From Intoshia linei (Eukaryota > Animalia > Orthonectida), in NCBI GenBank assembly GCA_001642005.1, contig LWCA01000211.1, positions 1 through 39,794 on the forward strand: 39,794 nt of DNA, written 5' to 3'. Position numbers and translations under genes: made by a program. Below are positions 13,401-24,400 of this stretch, one piece after another (the stretch's first letter is position 1; each line of letters starts with the position of its first letter). The notes under the pieces are model-generated. The model made no database searches and was not told where the DNA came from. It was given only the letters and a program-made list of their open reading frames with translations.

Positions 13401-15183
13401 GCTAGAAATACCAACTGGGAACCGCTAACATGAATTTAATTTATATAGTATGAGTTTACAAGTCAAAAAATATACCTAGTAATACGTTTCCTACGTTCCT
13501 TTTTAAGGAAATTAACAAATGAAGGAAATTTTTCCTTATTTTTGCAATCTTGACATTTGCAAATCTTTTTCCGTATATTTTTTTCTGAAATAATATTTAA
13601 TGTCGCAGGATTATTTTTGAACATTATATTTCATTAACATAAATATGAAAAATTTAATATACTACAGCGAATCGAACTCACCCGAAAATTTTTCATAAAC
13701 GTAGTGTCATAGCCCTAGCCACCTCTCTAAGGCTCTTGGTTTAACATTTTAAATTTAACACACATGATAGTTATGATATTCAAGAATAGAAGTTTTTTAA
13801 TGCTCAATTTGAAAAAAGGAGATCTCATTTTAGAAACATTTCGTCAATGCCTGAAGAATGTATATACTATAGCAGGGGTGTACAACCTTTCCACCAATTC
13901 AGCCACAATTCTACTTTTCTCATTGATACTACGGCCGCACAAAAATACTTCGACATTAAACAAGTTTACTCTGGACCTAAATTTTAGGTCTAATAAAATA
14001 ATTTTCTTTAAATTTTAATATCAGCAAGTTTTAATTAATAATTTTCAATTAAAATTAATCCTTAATTCACTCATATAAATTAATACCATATTTGTCATTT
14101 ATCTGAATCGAAATAAATAGTAATAGTAGGATTAATGCAGTGCTTCTCATGGGGGTGACTGGTTACCCCAAGGGGTGAATACGAAAATTTAGATGATTGT
14201 AGGCGAATTACAATTTTCAATATATTTCATTAAATCATCCAATTTAATATAATCTTATGAGAAAAAACCAAAATTTTACTAAGGAAGAAATCCTTTTTTA
14301 CCAACTCTTAAGGAAAAAAATTCCATTTACCTAATTTTTAGATCAATAATTCTTCTGACTAATTCCATTAGAAAAAACCTGATTTAAAAAAAATTTGAAA
14401 AATCTCCTTTTACTAATATTTTTTTAAAAAAAACATTAATCATTAATTTTTCGGAAATAATTAATAATAATTTGACAACAGAAAAAAGTTCCATTAAAAA
14501 CCGATTTGTTGATACATTAGAGTGGAAGACATAAAAAAAGATATCAGTGACTGCCTTGATTTTGTGTGCCCTTCGCTAACATTTGAGAAACTGGGGCAAA
14601 GTCAAGAATGTAACTTTTTGATTAAAATATTTTAAATAGACCTTGAATAAAATCTCATTTGAACTTTTCAATTTGAAGTGAAATGATATATTGTATTATG
14701 ATCAGATGTGTTGCCCACGGCCGCACATAAACGCTCTCACTGCCGTACGTTGTCCACCCTTGGTCCATAGTCTCTCTATAATTCGCCAATCCTCTCATAT
14801 TTATATTTTGCATAGATTTTTGGAAGCGTTTATTTTATTAATAAGGGAACCATATCAAAATATATATTATAGCCATTACAACATAATGTATTTGATATTA
14901 ACAACTAAATTTACTTTATATATAATATATGGTAATAGTTTATCTAATATACCAAGTTGCAGCATTGGCGAACTAGAGAGAGACAAAACACTCAGTTCAG
15001 AAGAACATATTATATTTAGTTGGTTATACATTGTACTCCATTGTTACTTTTAAAAAAATTAAAAATACCTTCTTCTGTAACTTTGGGCCAAAAATAATAC
15101 GTACATGGAATTAGGAATAACGTGAAAAATGAAATTGTAAATAATACAAAAATATCTCCCTTTTCATCAAATTCAAATTTCAT
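10404..15183 (-). CDS. SEC63: Translocation protein SEC63 homolog (ER J-domain co-chaperone), about 664 aa, 15 exons
   Basis: Exons 15183-15069, 13584-13476, 13216-13102, 12526-12408, 12369-12308, 12268-12210, 12155-12105, 12068-11960, 11924-11830, 11755-11236, 11199-11099, 11059-11030, 10989-10726, 10690-10586, 10544-10404. N-terminus MKFEFDEKG..LIPCTYYFWP; J domain YDPY..YRKLSLIYHPDK; WAEYGNPDGP; FGVALPKWL; Sec63/Brl domain PYSVKAR..LQLPY; VRSDSY; acidic tail. Confidence 0.96.
12762..13075. mobile_element. hAT-type MITE in SEC63 intron 3
   Basis: Begins CAGGGGTTCCCAAAC, ends CCCCTG; flanks GTGTAATG / GTGTAATT. Confidence 0.7.
13284..13427. mobile_element. Degenerate ~140-nt MITE in SEC63 intron 2
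   Basis: Inverted ends CGGTTCCC and GGGAACCG of the hAT-type TIR class; TSD not recognisable. Confidence 0.5.
13660..13835 (-). repeat. Interspersed repeat family B, copy 1
   Basis: Reverse complement aligns with about 20285-20410 (TTTTTCAAATT.AGCATTAAAA..TATTCTTGAATATCATA.CTAT..TGTGTT.AATTTAAAAT..CAAGAGCCTTAGA..TATGACACTAC). Confidence 0.8.
13873..14762. mobile_element. hAT-type MITE in SEC63 intron 1, probably with a nested element at 14138-14593
   Basis: TIRs CAGGGGTGTACAAC and GTTGTCCACCCTTG; subterminal CGGCCGCAC at both ends. The inner element runs CAGTGCTTCTCA..TTTGAGAAACTG. Confidence 0.7.
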
Positions 15184-15856
15184 AGTACAACCAGTAAGAT
15201 GTACAATATAGTATCAATTTTTGTTTATTCAATAACGTTAAGGGATACAGATAGTGTTTCTTAGCAGTTTATTTAGTTTTTATTCTCTAAAATTTTCCAT
15301 TTTTTAAATTGTATTGAGACAATATTATTGACACATATTTTCAATCCAATGATTACATTTTTTTGAACCAGTATTATGCATCATGAATCATGGTTCATTA
15401 ATTAAAATATGTTTTTATTTGATTAGTGTTTTTAGGTTTCCATTAGTACATTAGTGATTTGCAAAAAATTCGTTCACATTTTTCAAAATATTTCTTTGCT
15501 TTTCAACCTTTATAAAAAATTTTTATTGCCGTTTTGACAATTATATTATATAATTTTGAAGATTTTATTTTTGCATTCTCATAACAAACTATACATTTTT
15601 GAAATTTTTCATGGCCCTAAATAACCGAAATCTTCAATTGAATTTATTAAACGACAAACGTAATAAAATTTTTTATTCAAAATGAGAAGGCATTTGTTCA
15701 ATATTTTAAAAGTTATTTTAAATTTTTCATACATAAAAATTGCCATTAATCGCACTCAAACCTACCGCCGGACTCGATACTACCAAGTGATGCCAATCCA
15801 GTTGTGGATTCGAGACAGTTTTTTTATAAATAAACAGGTTAATTCATTAATTAATA

Positions 15857-15922
15857 CAGCGTTTCCCAAATGCCGGTCCGCGGATCAGTACTGGTCCGTG
15901 AAAATTTTTTATCGGTCCGCCA
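15857..15922 (+). mobile_element. Left end of a hAT (Charlie/Buster-like) element
   Basis: CAGCGTTTCCCAAA followed by three GGTCCG subterminal motifs; partner end not found. Confidence 0.6.
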
Positions 15923-17477
15923 AATAATTGTGAAAAAATGTTTACTAATGTTGCATATTAATTTCGCTTTAATTATCCGCGATAAATTTTATATTTTATT
16001 ACCTTTCGCTGTGAAAAAAGTGTGAGAACTCTTGAATGAATGTAAATTTTTAAATTTTAGGTCACCCAATACCCCTCAATATGATAATAAAATAAATATA
16101 TCTAGTAATGTCATTGACTCAATTTTTTGTCATTAAATAATTGAATGGAACTGTAGTTGAATGACATTTTGTATGTAAGTTTAATTAGCAATTTTAAAAT
16201 AAACTGAAATTTTCGTTGATTTAATTGATCCATTTTAAATGATTTAACATTTAATATATTTGACTGAAATATTTTTATAAATTATGATATAAAATTAAGC
16301 CGCATTATAAATATTAATAATTGTCGTATACCAAATGGATGTCAAAAAACATTTTTAACTACTTTAATGTTTCATTTTTAAAAAGTATCTTTTTTTACAT
16401 TAATTTTACTTTGAATCAGCTTCAAAACGATTTATTATCTTGGAATACATGTTAGATTAACATTTTTAGATGAACAAAAATAATGTTTCAGTTATCCAAA
16501 TTTTTTTTACAAAAGAAAAATCCAATTTTATCAACTTCAGATTAGTACCATAATAGTTACGATTACATACATTGAAATTTTTTAATATAATTTAAAATAC
16601 ACAAGTTATGAAAATTAAAAAATTATCTTTAAAATCTTGATAAATTGAGTATAAAATATTAAATATTAGGTAATATTACTAACAAGTTATTGATTACTAT
16701 ACAGAAAGCCATAATTATATCGCTTTAAAAATAGATGACTGAACTGAATATTAACCATCAAAATATATTAGCCAGGTGTTATTTATTTTTTACAATCATT
16801 TGTTTATTTATTTTTAACTTTCGTGGCGTCTCTAACCCTTTCAATTACTCTTCGATATCAATATTTTCTAAATTATGAATTGTCAAAGTTCTGTCAAATT
16901 TGAGATACTTGATTTTCTTGAACAATTTAATTGGTCTTGCGTCCAATCCCGTGCTCGTGTTTGTTTAGATTTGAATATAAGATAATGAATTAAATTTTAA
17001 TGAATAATAATGAAAAATGATAAAACTAATGACATAAATATATCGTAAAAGTAGTGATATTTGTTAATTAGTATTCATTTTAATTTATTTAATTAGAGTA
17101 AAGATGCAACAAGCATATACATAAATGTAGTGTACGAAATAATATTTTTGAGCATACATCAAAAGTGACAATTAAGGAACATGTAACAATTAGTATAATT
17201 GCATTGACATGAATTTTAAATGGAAAAACTTTAGAGAATAGTAAAATAATATTAAAATGAATAAAATTTAAAAATAACAATCATTAAATGATTTTTACGA
17301 GGAATAGAGGAAGAAGTTAATGGTAGTTTAATAAAATGAATAAGATACAAACATTGAAATCAAAATATTTAAAAATCAATGAATCTTGTTTTTCTGTTAA
17401 TTCCGTCGTGTAAAATGATTATTTTAGCTGTTGGTTTGTCCTTTCCTTAGGGATTGTTCGTTGTAAAAGATTTTATT

Positions 17478-18287
17478 ATGTGTAAACTATTTTGTTGTAT
17501 ATTTAACAAATGTATGAAAAAATTGGATTCGCAAATGTTTTCCAAGCAAGAATTGGCTGAGAAAAAAGTGTCTGCCGGTGTAATTAACTTTACCGACAAT
17601 TGTCCAAAGTTGGGTGAAAGTTATACGGATGAAATTATTAAACATGCACCAAAAATCAAATTGTACAGACCACCAGATTTGTCAGTGTATACGTACATGA
17701 ATATGGAAAGAGAAGAAAAAGTGATTAGAGCGCCCACGTTATCGAAGAAACCACCAGGCCAATTTATAGATAAATATAAACAAAATAAATGTCTAGATAA
17801 AGCAAAGTCATGCCATGACATTGCTGAGCAAGGGTTTAAAAGTGAAATTACTCAAATTCTCTATAATCAGATTGACGAAATGGATGGTTTAGGAAGATTC
17901 AGACGCAGGTCTAGAATTTACAAAAAAAACAAAATTAATAGTCGAAAATTAAGTTTTAATGATGAATTTGTGTGTCCTCGCGAATCTTTTATGAATAAAT
18001 ATTTTAAAGTTTTCTACGATAAAATGAAATTCAGGTATTCAAAAGTTAAAAATATGCATCATTATTCACGGCGATCGGATGAATCAACCTCTCAGTCATT
18101 GCTCGAATCTTCTACAAATTTTAGTGATACAAATACTACTACGGAATTGTCAGTCGAGGTCGAAACCATGTCGAATAATTCAAAAGATGAAAACACTGCG
18201 TACACTTCCAGCACAAATTCATTTTTGGCACATCTAAGTTCACTTACTTCTTTCAAATCAGATACAACAGTTAGCATTGAGCGTTAA
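17478..18287 (+). CDS. Uncharacterised intronless protein, 269 aa: Cys-rich N-terminus, basic middle, Ser/Thr-rich tail
   Basis: An 810-nt open frame is unlikely by chance in DNA this AT-rich. First ATG at 17478 (MCKLFCCIFNKCMKK). No domain recognised. Confidence 0.7.
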   Translation: MCKLFCCIFNKCMKKLDSQMFSKQELAEKKVSAGVINFTDNCPKLGESYTDEIIKHAPKIKLYRPPDLSVYTYMNMEREEKVIRAPTLSKKPPGQFIDKYKQNKCLDKAKSCHDIAEQGFKSEITQILYNQIDEMDGLGRFRRRSRIYKKNKINSRKLSFNDEFVCPRESFMNKYFKVFYDKMKFRYSKVKNMHHYSRRSDESTSQSLLESSTNFSDTNTTTELSVEVETMSNNSKDENTAYTSSTNSFLAHLSSLTSFKSDTTVSIER

Positions 18288-18468
18288 TCTCTTTATAGAC
18301 CGGAATGCAGAAGATTTCCAGTGATAGAAACAGAATGTTGTCACGACGCCACCAGAAATACAATTTTATCCAAATTGTATACATAATGAAAATAATCATT
18401 GAAAGTTTTCCAAAAATATATTACACAAAAATATTAAAAGAGTAGTTCAGTGATTGATCTTACATATC

Positions 18469-21400
18469 ATGTTTAAATCCATCTTTAATTGCAATAAAAA
18501 ATTATATTCATGTGTATTGAATTCATTTCGACGCTATCAATTGGCTATAAGACGTGAAGATAATTCAGAGTGGGAAAGAAGAGCGCCGTTATCTCCCGAT
18601 CATGTCAAACAGTTGGTTTCTGAAGGAATCAAAGTTACAATCCAACCGTCAAATCGGCGTGTTTATACCACCGAAGCGTATGTCAAGGCTGGTGCTCAAG
18701 TCAAAGAAAATTTACAAGACATTCCCGTCATTATTGGAGTTAAAGATGCGCCAGTTGATTTAATCTTACCAAATAAGACGTATGCATTTTTTTCGCACAC
18801 TCATAAAGCCCAACGAAGCGGTATGCCATTACTGGATACAATGATAGAGAAAAATTGCAGGTTAATTGATTATGAAAGAATGATAGACGACACGGGTAAA
18901 AGATTGGTTGCATTTGGTAAGTTTGCAGGTGTATCGGGAATGATCAATATTTTGCACGGGTTAGGCTTACGACTCTTGTATTTAGGTTATCACACACCAT
19001 TCATGTACATTGGACCCACCCAAACATATTCCAGCACATACAGCCTACAACAGGCTGTCAGAGAAGCTGGGTACGAAATTTCACTTGGAAACATGCCGAA
19101 AGCTCTAGGACCTCTTATTTTTGTTTTTACCGGTAGTGGTAATGTGTCTCAAGGTGCAATGGAGGTGTTTGAGAATTTTCCATATGAGATTATTGAACCT
19201 CACGATCTTAAATACATTTCAAAGCATGGCTGCAGCAATAAATTGTATTGCTGTACTGTAAGTAGAAAAGATCATTTAATTAAAAAAAACGGATCTCCAT
19301 ATAGTGATACTGACTACAATTCAAATTCGTCCAGTTACGTTAGCAATTTCAGTACACATATTGCTCCGTACGCAACATGCATTATAAATGGCATTTATTG
19401 GGAAAGTAACTCTCCACGTCTTTTGACCATAGCAGACGCAAAAACTCTATTTATTAACCGGAGTAAAGACCATAATGTTTCAATGGAATCCGATTTACCT
19501 CATCGCCTATTGGCTATATCCGATATTACCGCTGATCCAGGAGGTTCAATAGAATTTATGGAAGGTATTTATTTTGTCATTTTATTTGTCTTGCGAAATG
19601 TAAAATTTATGTAAAATAAATGCTTCCATTTTAGAATGTACTACTATAGATAAACCATTTTGTTTGTATGACGCCGAGAATCACAAAGACTATGAAAGGT
19701 AAAGTAAAGATTTTTATATAATTAACATTTAATTTTAGTTTTAAAGGTGATGGCGTTTTGATTTGCTCAATTGATAATATGCCGACACAATTACCACATG
19801 AATCGACTAATTTTTTTGGCTCTTTATTGCTCCCATATATCAAAGAAATTGTCAGTATTTATAGACGTAATAATATATTTAAATTAGGTTCAGTCTGATG
19901 CAACTACTGCATTCGATAAATTCAACGTTTCCAATGCTATCAAAGGCGTAATTTTATGTTTTCAAAAAAGTTATAATTTAGTTTTTAGGCTGTGATATGC
20001 TCTAACGGCAGATTAACCGACAATTATCAATACATTTCTGATTTAAGGTTCAAAGAAAGGTAACTTATTAATTGATTTTTAAATGCATTAACAGGCTTAA
20101 TTGCTGCTACCAGTAACATAATTTATTAACAAATAAATCCCACTTTTATCACGGCGGATAGGTAATAAATTATAAAATTTATCGCGAATCACTAATGTGA
20201 TATTATTAGGCACATTACAAAATTTTGATAAAAAACGTAATAAATTGACTTAATTAGTAAATTAATTTTTCCAAAAATTATTTGGTACCTCATTTTTTCA
20301 AATTAAGCATTAAAATTTGTATTCTTGAATATCATACCTATTTTGTGTTGAATTTAAAATTTCAAGTCAAGAGCCTTAGATAGACTAGGTCTATATGACA
20401 CTACAAATTGTTTTCAACGTTTTTAGGGGCTATTTATTATTTTTACGATATTTTTATTTTCCTCGAACTGGGTAGGTTTGGTTTTGGATATTTGCATGGG
20501 AATCCCTAGTTAACTTGTTTAAATTACAATTTTAGAAATGAATATACATTAAATGGCATGTATATTAAATTCAATATTTATTTTATTCTAAGTTAATCAT
20601 TAACTATTTCTAATTAACACTGAAGCACATATATTGACGTTATACAATTATTATTAAACATACAATAGATTTGGCATTGAAGATTTTTCAGAATTGAATT
20701 TTTCAAGATTAAAAATAATATATTATAGTCATATATCCAGAGCCGTCTTAAGCCACTTTGTGGCTCTGAGCTAAGAAAAGGGCCGGAAGCCTTATTTCAT
20801 TGAGTATTAATAAAAGCATTAAAAAATATTATGTAGGTTTCTAGTAACTTATATTACTACTTTACAACTTAATAGAAAGGTTTTAATGTTTAATATTATC
20901 ATTTGAAACAGTTTTTATGTCAATATATGATGAACATTGTAGAATATATTTTAAATTGAATAATTACCACATTCTTTAAACAATTTTCTTTCTAGCTATT
21001 TGAATTCCCACACTTCAAAACTTATAAACTGTTTCTTAACATATAAATGTAAAGTACTTTTATTAATTTGGGGGCCTTTTTTAATGAGTGGCCCTGGGCT
21101 AAGCCCATATCTATATTAAAATGAATAAAAATTTTATTTTTTATTTTGGGTTTAGGATTAGGAATTTGTTGCTTATAAGATTTAATAAAATCGGATTTTT
21201 CAAGATAATATTGGAAAAAGAGGATATTTTCCTTAAGCATTGGACCAACGCTGTTGGTATATTGGAGTTTTATTTTGGGGTTGGAATGAAAGGTTTTTCT
21301 CATAAAATTTAGTAATTTTATAAGGTTGTGTAAAATCAGATTTTTCAAAAAAATATCGGTAAAGTCAATTTTTCCCTAGAGTTTGAAATGGTATTTTTTA

Positions 21401-24400
21401 TTAAATTTTATGGTGGGATAAAAGTAGGATTTTTGAAATAATAATGTAGCTGTCATCTAGGCTTTAGGATAATCAAAATCTACTGTCTTTTCTCGATTAT
21501 AAGCAGACCCCTGAAATACAAATTTTCAGTGAAATTTGTAACTAAATAAAATTTGAATATAGGCAGTTTCTGCTTGTATTCGAAAGAAATAACTTAAAAG
21601 AACAAAAAATAGACAACATCAATTTATTTCTAAAAAATAACTTCCTTCATACAATAGAATGTCTAATTTATAAGTTTATACTAATTAGAAAAAACTTTTA
21701 GTGTATTTTTCAAGGTCTGCTTAAAAGTCTGCTTGTTTTTGATTATAAGCATTTTTCCTTCTAGTATCGAATATAAGAAGACTTCTTATAATCGAGAAAA
21801 GACAGTAGTAACTTTGAAATAAATATAAAAAATTCTTTTATAAAAATAAACAAAAGTTGATCAAAATTTTTCTATATTTTATTTGAATCTCACGAGCCAG
21901 GCATATAATTTTTGACCCAATCGGGAACCACTGTTTTAATATAAATAATGACATTATTTATAAAAAATTCCGTTAAGGAGGAATTATCCTGTATTAAACG
22001 AATAGTTTTAATTAAATAAAATACCCACGTACTAACAAATAATGACAAGTGGTAATAATATATATTATTCCCTAAAAATTTGGGTGTTTCATATTTCCAA
22101 AAATTACAGATTTTGCAAAACTTTAGTATACAAAATGATTAAATTGAAATCAGTATAATACAAAAATTTTGAAATTGACCCAATGGAAATAAGTTTATAA
22201 TGTAAAATTTCATGTGATATTCTATAATTTCTATTGAAATCAAAATTTAAATTTTTAATTAATCCGTGCATCTTTGTATGTATGAATCTTAATTGGTAAA
22301 AATATCATTATATCTATTAACTAACAGTAAATTATGAATTTAAATAAATCTTAAATACAATTTTTATTTTTAATATGGTTTTCTTTACCTTTAAATTTCA
22401 AAAAAAAATATTAAATAATAATGCAGTACACATTTTGTATGGGCATTTGCAAATCAGTTTTTTGCTTCAATTCTGGAAATACTTTTATTTATTCCTAGTT
22501 TTTGTTTTTACTATCCGCTATTATCAAAAGATTGGAAATATCTGCATTAGATTATATTGTATGTGAATCTATATGTAGCTGATGTAGGTTACTAATATTT
22601 AACAAAAAATACACATAATTTTTTTGGAATCAAAGTTTAAAAAGTATTTTTTTAATTGTAATTTTAAATGTATAAAATTATAAATTAAAAAATACATTTT
22701 AGATCCATGAGAGCTTCTCATGATGATAGTAAAATTAAAAAAAAAGTTGCCATTTTGGGATCTGGACACGTTTCGGATCCTCTTGTAGAATATTTAACTA
22801 GAGATAAATCAAATGGTATCACTGTTGGTATGTATTAAATGTTAAAATAATCAAATGTACATGTATCAATCTTCTATATAATACGTGTAATATCAGAAAG
22901 GTACTGTTCTAATGAGCGAACATGTAAAATTAATATTAATTTGACCGTCGCGGCGTCTATGTGGATTATAGAATATTATATATAATGGGCCATTGAGATA
23001 ACTACAATTTAGAGTTGTAGTACGAAGTACGGTCTGAACTAAAATTATGGGCCGGAAACGCGATTCAAACACGAACTTCATCTATAACCGTCATTCCATG
23101 AACAGTCTTTAGCGAAATTTAATCCAAACATAAACTTCTGATAGTGTCGAATTGTACTTCGAAGTTCCGAGTCGGAACTTCCGATCATGTTGCAGAATTT
23201 ATATTATTATATACATGTATGACTTGGGTCTGAAGATCTATATTCAAAAATGAATAGTATTTTTCAAAGTAGAAAAATTTCCAAAAGATACAAAATTCGA
23301 TACAAGAAAAATATAGATACCCTGATATGGATGAATGAAACCATATAATGAGATTATAAATTATATAATGTAATTTTAGTTGGAGATCAACTTGGTCAAC
23401 TTGAATATTTATCAGACAAATACGATAACACAACACCATTACAAGTAAATGCTTTGAAAGAAACTGATAAAATTGAACAAATTATTCGGGATCATGATTT
23501 AATTGTAAGGTATGTTTTGATTTTTTTTTTGTATCAATTTAAATAATATTCAATTTGATTATGTAAAATAATTATTATAGCATTTTACCATACCAAATGC
23601 ACCCTGTAATTGCAAAAATGTGCATTAAACATAGAAAAAACATGGCTACTGCATCGTATCTTTTACCAAAATTGAAAGAATTACATAATAGGTATTTATC
23701 GTGAATTGCAAAAAATATATTTTTGTTTTTACCATTCGGTGGAATCCTCTTATCACTGCCAGGTTTTATAGTGGATATATTTGGTGGGAATGGTTTTTTC
23801 CTTCTAGCTGGGTAAAGGACATTTTTATTGAAAAGCTTTGTATATTTCTCTATAATTATAATTTTTGTTTAACGATTTTTTTTAAGGTCCAGAGTAATTA
23901 TAATTATGGGGAAAATTTTCTTTGAAAACTTAGTCATTTATATTTTTATTTTTCTTTATTATATTGAACTATGTAATATATTAATATTAGTGCTGTGGAT
24001 TCAGGAATCATTGCATTAAATGAAATGGGTCTAGATCCTGGATTAGATCACATGGTGGCTATGGAAATAATAGATAAAATAAAATCTAATGATGGAATAG
24101 TAATATAATCATAATAATAACAGGAATTTCGTATACACCAAATCAAAATTGCACTTTTAAATTTTTCAAATTAACGTTAATTTTATTTAATATTAAACCT
24201 TTTTTCAATTTACGAGAGTAATGAACCTGGGTGGTTATAATTATATTAATAATAGCAGTTACTAAAATAAAATACATATATTTAGGTTGAATCATACATT
24301 TCATGGTGTGGAGGAATACCAAGTCCCCAACATTGTGATAATCCTTTAAATTATAAATTTAGGTATATTATTATTTAAATCCGTTATTTTGTTAATTAAA

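Noticed and set aside
13660-13740. tRNA/SINE-like A-box and B-box (TGGCTAGGGC..GAGTTCGATTC) on the minus strand
   Set aside because: No cloverleaf can be built, and the segment is part of repeat family B, which recurs at about 20285-20410.
12873-15053. Plus-strand ORFs 12873-13154, 13764-14018 and 14691-15053 as nested antisense genes in SEC63
   Set aside because: They overlap MITE or repeat sequence, two start at non-ATG codons, and none has a recognisable motif.
15740-15830. Pol III-like small RNA ending in a T run
   Set aside because: No A/B boxes or snRNA motifs; shares AAACCTACC (inverted) with repeat-associated sequence near 20470, so more likely a repeat remnant.
16875-16985. 36-codon ATG ORF MNCQSSVKFEILDFLEQFNWSCVQSRARVCLDLNIR
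   Set aside because: Too short, no motif, and no supported splice partner; cannot be called from sequence alone.
21022-21348. 108-aa minus-strand ORF and overlapping ORF 21121-21312
   Set aside because: They span the junction of two MITE families and show no domain signal.
23020-23080. RNase P RNA-like motifs (GGTCTGA..ATTCAAAC) in an AASS intron
   Set aside because: The putative P4 strands mismatch and are only about 30 nt apart, far too close for RNase P or MRP RNA.
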